Below are positions 1-8,187 of a DNA stretch of 39,924 nt, piece by piece. The DNA lies in the IMG/VR virus record IMGVR_UViG_3300044564_000006, positions 1-39,924 of that record; one strand, given 5' to 3'. The notes below the pieces were generated by a model that was not told the DNA's origin, ran no database searches, and worked only from the letters and a program-made list of their open reading frames with translations. Within the stretch, counting starts at the first letter, position 1. Each line of letters opens with the position of its first letter. Source of the DNA: a virus. The position numbers and the translations under genes were made by a program.

Positions 1-127
1 GGGCCACCAGCACGACGTTATGGCTCCCGTCGATAGGTACGTCGAGCAGCAGGAGAGGTACGCCCGCAGGCTGGACGAGGACAACCATCTCGTGGAGGTC
101 GCGAGCTCCGTCCTGTATGGGTGTGCC
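1..127. repeat. Terminal direct repeat: bases 1-127 are identical to 39798-39924. This is the overlap of a circular assembly; unique length 39,797 bp.
   Basis: Compared base by base; both ends read gggccaccagcacgacg...ctgtatgggtgtgcc. Confidence 0.95.
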
Positions 128-340
128 GACCACACGGGCGGCATAGCGTCGCTCCTTGGCGGCGCGTACGCGGACGCGATGTGGTGGCGCTACTGTGACG
201 GTGCCTCGTGGGCGGAGGTGGCGCTCCAGTGCGACCGTTCCGAGCGGTGGTGCCGCGATGCAGTGCGGGTCGCGATGGACACCGCCGAGTCGTACGGATG
301 GCGCAAGGTGGTTGACGGAATGGGTACGGCGGAGCAGTAG
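2..340 (+). CDS. 3' part of a junction-spanning gene (continues from 39607). Putative late-gene transcriptional activator, ArpU/RinA-like, with a sigma-70 region-4-like HTH.
   Basis: The frame is continuous with 39607..39924 across the repeat. C-terminal segment AMWWRYCDGASWAEVALQCDRSERWCRDAVRVAMD resembles a region-4 HTH. The gene sits just upstream of the packaging genes. Confidence 0.5.
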   Translation, partial: GHQHDVMAPVDRYVEQQERYARRLDEDNHLVEVASSVLYGCADHTGGIASLLGGAYADAMWWRYCDGASWAEVALQCDRSERWCRDAVRVAMDTAESYGWRKVVDGMGTAEQ

Positions 341-359
341 GCGAGCGCCAGCAGTTGAT

Positions 360-434
360 TTCTACATTTTGTAGAAATGGATTGCCCAATACCCCGCGAA
401 TCGGGCGCTCACTTCTACAAAACGTAGAAATGGA
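360..434. promoter_or_regulatory. Two copies of a 22-bp AT-rich palindromic element, TTCTACA-N4-GTAGAAATGGA (360-381 and 413-434), 53 bp apart. Candidate cos or late-promoter element.
   Basis: Read directly: ttctacattttgtagaaatgga and ttctacaaaacgtagaaatgga, inside a local AT-rich island in a high-GC genome. Confidence 0.6.
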
Positions 435-485
435 AACCAAACCCAACCCAAACCACCATGCCGCGCCCTGCCGACTCGCGCCGAC

Positions 486-513
486 CGTTGCCGACGTTTG
501 CCGAGCGTTGCCG
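486..513. repeat. Three phased copies (~10 bp spacing) of CGTT(T)GCCG. The core GTTGCCG is the same as in the origin iterons.
   Basis: cgttgccg at 486-493, cgtttgccg at 495-503, cgttgccg at 506-513. Confidence 0.6.
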
Positions 514-621
514 CCGCACACCGACAATTTGTTGCTATATTGGCATCGTGGAAAACTCGCGGGCGCACGGAGGGAACCAACCCCCTGTGCGTCCGCGCTT
601 TCGTATGGGGAGGTCGAGCGC

Positions 622-1059
622 ATGGCAGACCGCACCGACCGCGTGGAGCTGTCGTGGTGCGACGGCGTTTTCCATCCGCCTGTCACCGTCCCGACGTACG
701 ACGTCGAGCTCGCCGAGTACATCGCCGACCATTGCGGCCCGCGCCACAAGCGCTTCTACGACTCAGCGCGATGGCTGCACCTCCGCGCCCGCGTCATCGC
801 GGATGCGCACGGCGCGAGCCTGTACGAGCTTGCCCAGTCCCCGTCGCGATACGTGCCTGCCACGGTCGTGCACCACGTGATGCGCGTGGACGATTACCCG
901 GGCTGGGCGCTGAGCGAGTGGGCCGTGGACGAGCGGGGTCGCGTCATACGCAACCTCGTGCCGCTCTCGCACCTCGGGCACGACGTGGCCCACGGGCGGT
1001 TCCAGCCACGCGGCTCACATGCACTGCATGCGCCCATGCTCACCTCTGAGCGCTGGTAG
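622..1059 (+). CDS. HNH endonuclease, terminase-associated.
   Basis: ATG at 622 is preceded by GGGGAGG. Motifs are VVHHV...NLVPLSHLGHDVAHG. Its position next to the terminase genes is typical of cos-type HK97-like phages. Confidence 0.8.
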   Translation: MADRTDRVELSWCDGVFHPPVTVPTYDVELAEYIADHCGPRHKRFYDSARWLHLRARVIADAHGASLYELAQSPSRYVPATVVHHVMRVDDYPGWALSEWAVDERGRVIRNLVPLSHLGHDVAHGRFQPRGSHALHAPMLTSERW

Positions 1060-1091
1060 GATTTCCGCGAGCGGCGGAAAATCGTACGCGA

Positions 1092-1130
1092 ACGGTAGCG
1101 GCTACCCCCAAGGGGGTAATACCGTTTTTT
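1092..1130 (+). terminator. Rho-independent terminator: two-tier hairpin plus T6.
   Basis: ACGGTA..TACCCC-caag-GGGGTA..TACCGT followed by tttttt. Confidence 0.7.
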
Positions 1131-1246
1131 ATGGCTCCGCCCCCGAACGGCGCCCATGCCTCGGATGCCGATTGGCTTATCAAAAAATTTAATTTTTCCC
1201 GAACTTTAAGCTTTCTACCTGCGGTTGCGTGGTTTGGAGCGGCGGA

Positions 1247-1990
1247 ATGGCTGACTTTGCCCTAGGCGCGTTCGACTTCGGCGGCGGGGACGACCTCGAC
1301 TTCTCGCTTGGCGACGTCTCGCGCGGCGGGGCGGACGATGGGTTGGCTACGACGAGGTACGACAGGCCGCTAATCTACGACAACGTCCTCGGTGAGGTGG
1401 CATACGAGCACGCGTGCGACTTCGTTGACGGACTCGACCTGCGCGACGGTTACAGGGCGTTCGCGTTCGTCTCGGGGAACTTCGTGTTCGGCGACGTGCT
1501 TGAGGCTATGGTCGAGCGGCGCAAGGCCGCGCCGCGTGACGTTACGATCCAGACGCTGAGCATGAGCGAGGAGAACATCGACTCGTTGCGGAACGTCGTG
1601 GACATGATGGATGGTCGGCTCGAGCGCCTGCGCATCATCCTCTCGGTCTACTTCTGGGGCCACGAGCACAGGCCCGGGCAGCTAGTCCCGTACCTCTACG
1701 AGCAGCTGGACGTGGACGGGCTGGACTTCGACGTTGCGTTCGCGTCGATACACACGAAGATTCTGAGCATGCGCACCATCGGCGGTAACAGGCTTGTCAT
1801 GGACGGCAGCGCCAACCTGCGCTCATCGCGCAACATCGAGCAGGTGCGCGTCGAATGCGACGGCGGGCTGTACGACTACGTTGAGGGTTTCGCCGACAGG
1901 GTGTTCGCGGCGTACTCGGTTCTCAACCGCGACAAGCCGTACCCGAGGCCAGTCCGCGGGAACCGCCTTTGGGGAGCGATAAACGACTAG
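1247..1990 (+). CDS. Phospholipase-D-like (single HKD motif) domain protein; putative nuclease.
   Basis: GGAG lies 7 nt before ATG 1247. The motif is HTKILSMRTIGGNRLVMDGSANLRSSRNIEQ (H-x-K ... G-S-x-N). The upstream strand/helix pattern AFAFVSGNFVFGDVLEAMV...RLRIILS is typical of PLDc_2-type folds. Confidence 0.5.
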   Translation: MADFALGAFDFGGGDDLDFSLGDVSRGGADDGLATTRYDRPLIYDNVLGEVAYEHACDFVDGLDLRDGYRAFAFVSGNFVFGDVLEAMVERRKAAPRDVTIQTLSMSEENIDSLRNVVDMMDGRLERLRIILSVYFWGHEHRPGQLVPYLYEQLDVDGLDFDVAFASIHTKILSMRTIGGNRLVMDGSANLRSSRNIEQVRVECDGGLYDYVEGFADRVFAAYSVLNRDKPYPRPVRGNRLWGAIND

Positions 1991-2001
1991 GGAGGTAACG
2001 C

Positions 2002-2136
2002 ATGGCATCAGGCAGCGGCGGCGGAAGGTCGGGCCGCAGGGGTTCGAGCAAGGCAAAGGCGCGGAGGGCCAAGCGCAAGAGGAAGGACAAGGCCAAGAAG
2101 CAGGGCACGGACATCTACGACGACATCCCATTCTGA
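2002..2136 (+). CDS. 44-aa poly-basic peptide ending in an SSB C-terminal-tip-like motif: MASGSGGGRSGRRGSSKAKARRAKRKRKDKAKKQGTDIYDDIPF.
   Basis: GGGAGG lies 6 nt upstream of ATG. It fills the gap between neighbouring genes exactly and ends in TGA. It is below the ORF-track length cut-off. Confidence 0.55.
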   Translation: MASGSGGGRSGRRGSSKAKARRAKRKRKDKAKKQGTDIYDDIPF

Positions 2137-2152
2137 GCGGCGGTGATTGCGT

Positions 2153-2485
2153 ATGCGCGAGTGGTCGGAAGACGATATCGAGAACGTCAAGGGATTGCTG
2201 ACCAGCGGGAGCGGAGCGGACGAGGTGTGTGCGGTGACCGACTGCAAGCCAGCAGACCTCGACCGCCTGTGTAGGGCGGCGTTTGGGCGCGACTTCGATG
2301 GTACGCGAAAGCGGTTCCAGACGATGGGCCACGCGATGTTCAACAAGGCCCTCTTCGAGGCCGCGTGCGGCGGCAACGCCAAGGCGATGGACATGTACGC
2401 CCGCACGTGCATGGGGTACGACCCCGTCTCCGCCCACGGCAAGTCGGCGCGCGGCGAGCCCAGGACCGAGAGATTGGAGCTGTAG
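2153..2485 (+). CDS. terS: Terminase small subunit.
   Basis: Lies immediately upstream of TerL, with 3 nt between the stop and the TerL ATG. N-terminal HTH-like segment and an AACGGNAKAMDMYAR motif typical of small terminases. Confidence 0.55.
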   Translation: MREWSEDDIENVKGLLTSGSGADEVCAVTDCKPADLDRLCRAAFGRDFDGTRKRFQTMGHAMFNKALFEAACGGNAKAMDMYARTCMGYDPVSAHGKSARGEPRTERLEL

Positions 2486-2488
2486 GCA

Positions 2489-4174
2489 ATGGCAAGACCG
2501 CGCTATACCGTCCACAGGCGCATCGAGGTCCCCGAGCTGTCGGGCTACCTCCGCGACGTGGAGACTGGCGCGGTGCCTGCGAGCGAGGACGTGGTGGCAC
2601 TCTGCGCCCACGTGCGCGATGTTTTCGCCACCGAGCGTCTTTGGGTGGACCGCGAGCGGCTTGGGAGGTACGAGGGCTACCAGAGGTTCTTCCCGTTCGA
2701 CCTCGGCAGGGACGAGCTTTTCCTGCTCACCCTGTTCCTATGCACGTTTCGCGATGGTGGGTTCCCGAGATGGCCCGACCTGCTCCTGTACGTCGGGCGC
2801 GGCTACGGCAAGACTGGGTTTGGAGCGTTCCTGACGTTCTGCATGATCTCGCCAGCGAACGGGATACCGCTGTACGACGTGGACATATGCGCCACCACTG
2901 AGCGGCAGGCGCAAATCGGATACAACGACCTGTACCGCATCCTGGACGGCAATCGTGCCCTGTTCGAGCAGGGTTTCAGCTGGAACAAAATCGAGCTGAC
3001 GAACATTGCCACCCAGTCCCGCGTAAAGTACTGGTCGGGCAACTCGGACTCCAAGGACGGCATGCAGAGCGGTTGCGTGTGGTTTGACGAGGTGCACGCC
3101 TACGAGGACAACGCCTCCATGGAGGTGTTCACGGGCGGTCTTGGCAAGAAGCCGTGCCCACGCCGTCTGATGACAACGACGGATGGCATGGTTCGCGACG
3201 GGCCGTTGGACGAGCTGAAGGCGCGCGCGCACGAGATACTGCACGATGGCGAGCCTGACAACGGCCTTCTGCCGTACATGTGCCACCTTGACTCCATCGA
3301 CGAGTCCGCGGACGAGTCGCTGTGGCCCAAGGCGTGCCCGAGGCTCCTGGACTCGCCAACGCTCATGGAGGAGTACCGCAAGGAGGTGCGCGAGTGGCGC
3401 AGGTCGCCGCAGCGGCACACGTCGGTGCCCACCAAGCGATTCAACCTCCCGCAGGGGAGGACGGACGTGCAGGTGACCAGCTGGGACAACCTCGTGGCGG
3501 CGTCGCGGCCAATCGACCTCGCAAGGCTCCGCGGGCGTGAGTGCGTTGCTGGAATCGACTACGCCAAGACCACTGACATGGTTGGCGCAGTCCTGCTCTT
3601 CCGCGTAGACGGCGAATGGCTGGTGGTGCCGCACGCGTGGTGGTGCACGCGCAGCAGCGACGCGGGCGAGGTCAAGGCACCGCTTGGCGAGTGGGCCGCC
3701 GCTGGGCAGCTCACAATCGTGGACTCCGTGGAGGTGCCGCCAGACTCCGTGGCCTCGTGGATTGCCAGCACGGCGGACTCTCTTGGCGCGAGCGTTCGCG
3801 GCGTGTCGATGGACAGCTACCGCTTCACGCTCATGCGCCGCGCGCTGGAGGGCATCGGGATGGACCCGAGCCTGCGCGGCGACGACCAGCAGCTGTGGCT
3901 GACGCGCCCGAGCGACGTGATGCGCGTACAGCCCGTTATCGACTCGGCGTTCGCCAACCGGAAGATAGCCTGGGGAGACTCGCCGCTCATGCGCTGGGCA
4001 ACCAACAACGCCAAGCTTGAGCCAGCACCGAACAACTGTTTCAGGTACGGCAAGATTGAGCCGCACGGGCGCAAGACCGACCCTTTCATGGCGATGGTCC
4101 ACGCCTTCGTGGTGGCCGACTGGATACCGGAGGACGCGGGGCCCGTGGTCTTCGCGCAGCCGATAACTTGGTAA
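2489..4174 (+). CDS. terL: Terminase large subunit.
   Basis: Walker A-like GRGYGKTG, Walker B VWFDEVH, C-terminal nuclease-type IAGIDYAKTTD; 561 aa. Confidence 0.92.
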   Translation: MARPRYTVHRRIEVPELSGYLRDVETGAVPASEDVVALCAHVRDVFATERLWVDRERLGRYEGYQRFFPFDLGRDELFLLTLFLCTFRDGGFPRWPDLLLYVGRGYGKTGFGAFLTFCMISPANGIPLYDVDICATTERQAQIGYNDLYRILDGNRALFEQGFSWNKIELTNIATQSRVKYWSGNSDSKDGMQSGCVWFDEVHAYEDNASMEVFTGGLGKKPCPRRLMTTTDGMVRDGPLDELKARAHEILHDGEPDNGLLPYMCHLDSIDESADESLWPKACPRLLDSPTLMEEYRKEVREWRRSPQRHTSVPTKRFNLPQGRTDVQVTSWDNLVAASRPIDLARLRGRECVAGIDYAKTTDMVGAVLLFRVDGEWLVVPHAWWCTRSSDAGEVKAPLGEWAAAGQLTIVDSVEVPPDSVASWIASTADSLGASVRGVSMDSYRFTLMRRALEGIGMDPSLRGDDQQLWLTRPSDVMRVQPVIDSAFANRKIAWGDSPLMRWATNNAKLEPAPNNCFRYGKIEPHGRKTDPFMAMVHAFVVADWIPEDAGPVVFAQPITW

Positions 4175-4199
4175 CCAAAAAAACGATTGGAGAGCAGGA

Positions 4200-4415
4200 A
4201 TGGCCGTCTCAACAGGTGAAATGTTCGCAATCGCGTCTCGCTACGACACCCAGATTGCGCGCGCGATGGTTGCGGCGCTTCGAGAGGTCGGCGTAACGCG
4301 GGCGGTAGGCGCGTCGCGGTGCGGCGGGGCCAGCCATTCCCGCCCCGACCATCGCTACGACGGCGTGCGCGAGTGCTTCGCCAACGCGTGCTCTCCGATG
4401 GACGTAATCCGCTAG
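4200..4415 (+). CDS. Hypothetical small protein.
   Basis: RBS GGAGAGCAGGA precedes ATG; third codon positions are GC-rich. Confidence 0.45.
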   Translation: MAVSTGEMFAIASRYDTQIARAMVAALREVGVTRAVGASRCGGASHSRPDHRYDGVRECFANACSPMDVIR

Positions 4416-4437
4416 GACTCATATAACACCACTACAT

Positions 4438-5691
4438 TTGCGCAAACAGCGCATACAGGCCCCTGCGACATTCACTGTTGCGGGGGCATCCTCATGCCGA
4501 TTGGGGGTGCCATTGGGCATCATCAGACAGCGCCTGGTCGATTGGCTAGGGCGCGAGCTTGCGGAGTCGAAGCAGGCATCCTCCGATTCCCTCGATTCCG
4601 AGCGCGAGCGCTGCATGTGGATGGAGCTTGCGCGCCAGACGATGGCGGGGTACGTGATTTCCGCTTTGCAGCTCTGCGACGTCAAGTTCTACGACGATGG
4701 CAGTGCCCCGCACCTCTCGGACTCCGCGTGGCTGTGGAACGTCTCGCCGAATCCCAACCAGTCGCGGGCGGAGATGATGGCCGACCTCCTTGGGCGGCTT
4801 CTCGTCGATGACGGTCGCGCGATCGTGGTTCCCGTGCGCCGCGGCTCCAAGACCTCGATATACGTGGCCGATGGCGGCACAGAGCCGGAGGTGAGGGCTG
4901 GCATGCCCGACCTCTACCGCAACGTCTCAATCGAGGGCTCAACCGAGGTTGTCCCATACGACCTCACTTCGTCCGACCTCTATTCCTTCGACATGCGCGG
5001 GGTCGGCGGCGGCTGGCGCACGCTGCAGGCCACGTGCGACGACGCGTACGACCGACTAGCGGCGTCGATAATCAGCTCAACGAGGGACAGGAGCGGGCGT
5101 AAGTGGCTCATGCAGCTCAACCAGCCAGCGAGCGGGACGGCTGAGCAGCAGAGGGCCATCGAGCAGCAGCTGAGGACTGCCACAAAGGAGTTCATCCGGT
5201 CTGACGACGGCGTTATGCCGCTCTACAAGGGGCAGGAGCTCGTGCGCGCGAGCGCGGACGTATCCAAGACCTCTGGGCAGGTCGCCAGCGACGTTACGAC
5301 CATTCGCAGGGACATGTTCTCTCTGGTCGCCGCATGCTTCCACATGCCAGCGTCGCTGCTCGACGGAAACGTCAACAACTTCGATGCGACGCTCGACGCT
5401 TTCCTCACGTTCGCGGTGGACCCCGTGGCCCGCATGCTGTCCGAGGAGATCACGCGCAAGACGTACACGCGCGACCAGTGGCAGCGCGGGGCGCGAGCGA
5501 CGGTTGACACCACGCACATACGCCACGTTGACATCTTCCAGATAGCGGACGCCGCGGCGAAGCTGATTGGCTCAGCGGTGGACAACCCGAACGAGATTCG
5601 TGGTTTCACGGGCCAGGACCCCATCGACGAGGACTGGGCCGAGGAATACCAGCAGACAAAGAACAACGAATCCGCGAGCGGGGGTGAATAA
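4438..5691 (+). CDS. Portal protein, HK97-type. The start is uncertain; TTG 4501 or 4513 is plausible.
   Basis: Size and position fit. N-terminus GIIRQRLVDWLG and the core LLDGNVNNFDATLDAFLTFAVDPVARMLSEEITRK are portal-like. Confidence 0.85.
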   Translation: MRKQRIQAPATFTVAGASSCRLGVPLGIIRQRLVDWLGRELAESKQASSDSLDSERERCMWMELARQTMAGYVISALQLCDVKFYDDGSAPHLSDSAWLWNVSPNPNQSRAEMMADLLGRLLVDDGRAIVVPVRRGSKTSIYVADGGTEPEVRAGMPDLYRNVSIEGSTEVVPYDLTSSDLYSFDMRGVGGGWRTLQATCDDAYDRLAASIISSTRDRSGRKWLMQLNQPASGTAEQQRAIEQQLRTATKEFIRSDDGVMPLYKGQELVRASADVSKTSGQVASDVTTIRRDMFSLVAACFHMPASLLDGNVNNFDATLDAFLTFAVDPVARMLSEEITRKTYTRDQWQRGARATVDTTHIRHVDIFQIADAAAKLIGSAVDNPNEIRGFTGQDPIDEDWAEEYQQTKNNESASGGE

Positions 5692-5694
5692 ACT

Positions 5695-6624
5695 ATGGCT
5701 AACTTTAATGTTATGCAGCTCGTTACCGACGTGACCGACCCGACAACCGCGCGAATGACCATTTACGGTGACATTTCGCGGGATTCGCTTTGGACTCTCA
5801 TTAGCGGCGAGGAGGACAGGAGCACCACGGATGCGCTTGCAGTGGCAGATGCGATTTCCGCGCTTCCGCCGACCGCACGCACAATCGAGGTTCACATTAA
5901 CTCGTATGGCGGGGACGTTTCCGAGGGTGTTGCTATCTATAATGCCCTTCGTGACAGCGGGCGCGAGGTCGTGACCGTCTGTGACGGTTTCGCATGCTCG
6001 ATTGCATCAGTCGTTTTCATGGCTGGTAGCCGCCGAATCATGCGCCCAGCTTCGCTGCTCATGCTCCACAATCCGCTCTATCAGCACATCGGCGGCAACT
6101 CCAAGCAGCTCCGCAAGGCGGCGGATGATTTGGACACTATCGCCGAGCTTAGCAAGGCGGCATACCTCAACGGCACCAACATTGATGCCGAAACGCTTGA
6201 TGCCGTCATGGATGCAGAGACGTGGGTAAGCCCGCAGCAAGCCCTTGATTGGGGACTCGCAACCGAGATTGAGGATGCAGCGTCCGAGGACAACGCTCCG
6301 ACTCAGGCGGTAGGCGCGGCGATTGTCGCAAGGCTCGCAGACCCGACCGCATGCGATGCGCTCATGGCTAGCACCGTCGCGGGTGCGGCAAACGCGCTTG
6401 GAAACGCGCTCAGCGAGTTCGCTAGTAACTTCGATTTCGTTACTCCGATTCTCGCCGAGCTTGACGAGCGAAAGCGGCACAGCGATCCGCAGCAGTCGGA
6501 GCAGCCAGCCGAGTCTAGCAGTGCGGAGCCTATCGCCGAGCCTACGGAGCAGACCGAGCCGACCGAGAACAGCGAGCCGCATGGGTACGCCCGCCTCGCC
6601 AATCTCTTTAGCAATATCGACTAA
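5695..6624 (+). CDS. Prohead protease, ClpP/S14 family, with an acidic C-terminal extension that may act as a scaffold.
   Basis: INSYGGDVSEGVAIYNAL...CDGFACSIASVVFMAGSRRIMRPASLLMLHNP. Confidence 0.88.
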   Translation: MANFNVMQLVTDVTDPTTARMTIYGDISRDSLWTLISGEEDRSTTDALAVADAISALPPTARTIEVHINSYGGDVSEGVAIYNALRDSGREVVTVCDGFACSIASVVFMAGSRRIMRPASLLMLHNPLYQHIGGNSKQLRKAADDLDTIAELSKAAYLNGTNIDAETLDAVMDAETWVSPQQALDWGLATEIEDAASEDNAPTQAVGAAIVARLADPTACDALMASTVAGAANALGNALSEFASNFDFVTPILAELDERKRHSDPQQSEQPAESSSAEPIAEPTEQTEPTENSEPHGYARLANLFSNID

Positions 6625-6640
6625 CAAAAGGAGCCAGTTA

Positions 6641-7861
6641 ATGCCTATCAATCTCAACAGCAACAGCAAGCAAGCTGTTCACAACCTCGCCGTCGCTTTC
6701 GCGTCCGACGATGCCGAGCAGGTGGAGACCGCGCTCGATGCCTACCGCTCTACCATCCTTGAGGATGTTACCGAGCAGTACAAGGAGGCCGTTGCCTCTA
6801 ACGATTCCACGATTCTCGCACAGCGCGGATTCCGCCAGCTCACCAGTAACGAGACCAAGTATTACAATTCCGTCATCGATGCGCTCAAGTCTCCGAACCC
6901 CAAGCAGGCATTCACCGACTTCGCGGGCGTCCCCGATAAGATGATGCCTACCACCATCTTTGACCAGATTCTCAAGGACATTCAGGAGCAACACCCCCTT
7001 CTTGCCGCCGTCAATGTCGTTAACGTTGGCTTCGTGACCGAGTGGCTTAGGAACAAGCACACGCGCCAGCTTGCCGCGTGGGGGAACCCTGGCGATGCCG
7101 TCTCCAAGGAGCTTTCCAGCGCGTTTGAGGTTATCGACGTCAAGCAGGGCAAGCTTTCCGCGTATGCCGCCGTTTCCCTCGATATGCTCAAGCTTGGCCC
7201 CGTTTGGCTTGATGGCTACATCCGCACCGTGATGGGCGAGGCCATCGCGTGTGGGCTTGAGCATGGCATCGTCGATGGCATGGGCGCGAAGGGCGAGCCT
7301 ATCGGACTTGACCGCGACATTCACGAGGGCGTGAGCTATAGCGACACCACGGGCTATCCCAAGAAGTCCGCGACCAAGGTTACCGACCTCACCCCTGCTA
7401 CCTATGGGTCGCTTGTTGCCCAGCTTGCGAAGAACGAGCAGGGTCACGCGAAGGCAATCGACTTCCGCGACTCCACCAGTGGCCTCGCGCTCATCTGCTC
7501 CACTACCGACTACCTCACCAAGGTAATGCCCGCGACCACCGTTCAGGCCACCAGTGGCCAGTACGTCCGTGACCTGTTCCCGCTGCCCACCACCGTCTAC
7601 CCGTCCATCGCGCTTGACGATGGCACCGCCATTCTTGCCCTTCTTGGCGAGTATGACGTTTTCGCTGGTGGCTCCCGTGGCATCGAGTACAGCGACGAGG
7701 CGCGTTTCCTCGATGACCAGCGCCTGTTTAAGCAGGTCATGTATGCGTTCGGCAAGGCCGAGGACAACACCTCAGCCATCGTGCTGGACATCTCCAAGCT
7801 CGACCCCGCGTACCTCAACGTCAAGGTGTCTGGCACCGTCACGACCAAGGCGAGCGCCTAG
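6641..7861 (+). CDS. Major capsid protein, HK97 fold.
   Basis: AAAGGAG RBS before ATG 6641. N-terminal delta-like helical region followed by a capsid core. The longer track ORF starting at 6323 overlaps the protease in another frame. Confidence 0.88.
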   Translation: MPINLNSNSKQAVHNLAVAFASDDAEQVETALDAYRSTILEDVTEQYKEAVASNDSTILAQRGFRQLTSNETKYYNSVIDALKSPNPKQAFTDFAGVPDKMMPTTIFDQILKDIQEQHPLLAAVNVVNVGFVTEWLRNKHTRQLAAWGNPGDAVSKELSSAFEVIDVKQGKLSAYAAVSLDMLKLGPVWLDGYIRTVMGEAIACGLEHGIVDGMGAKGEPIGLDRDIHEGVSYSDTTGYPKKSATKVTDLTPATYGSLVAQLAKNEQGHAKAIDFRDSTSGLALICSTTDYLTKVMPATTVQATSGQYVRDLFPLPTTVYPSIALDDGTAILALLGEYDVFAGGSRGIEYSDEARFLDDQRLFKQVMYAFGKAEDNTSAIVLDISKLDPAYLNVKVSGTVTTKASA

Positions 7862-7881
7862 CAGCAGGGGAGTGATAGCGC

Positions 7882-8187
7882 ATGGCCGATGATTCGTCGC
7901 TTGCAGCCGTGCGCCGCAAGCTCAACGTCACCTGGGAGGACGTCGCCACCGAGGCACGAATCGCCGACGTGGTGGCGTCCGTCTCGCCCTCGCTGTCCGC
8001 GCGCCTCGGGTACCCAGCAGACCATGCCTACACCGTCGCGGACGGCCAGGCGTGGGCGCTTTTCCTCAACGCTTGCCTGTACGAGTGGAGCGACGCGCTG
8101 GATGACTTCTGGGACAACTTCGCGGAGGAGCTTTCGGCCACGAGGCTGGTCGTGACCCTCCAGGACGGCGGCGCGGATGGCTCTTAA
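7882..8187 (+). CDS. Head-tail connector, gp6-like.
   Basis: Position after the capsid gene, ~100 aa, typical pattern. Confidence 0.55.
   Translation: MADDSSLAAVRRKLNVTWEDVATEARIADVVASVSPSLSARLGYPADHAYTVADGQAWALFLNACLYEWSDALDDFWDNFAEELSATRLVVTLQDGGADGS

Noticed and set aside
2738-4102. 454-aa minus-strand ORF opposite the large terminase. Similar cases are 1823..2611, 32386..33417, 6638..7447 and 39175..39885.
   Set aside because: These are shadow ORFs antisense to well-supported genes, and their sequences are not protein-like.
6323-6640. Upstream extension of the capsid ORF overlapping the protease gene. 18586..18669 extends the fibre ORF in the same way.
   Set aside because: The extension is Ser/Arg-rich noise in an alternative frame of the protease. 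A strong RBS precedes ATG 6641 (and ATG 18670).
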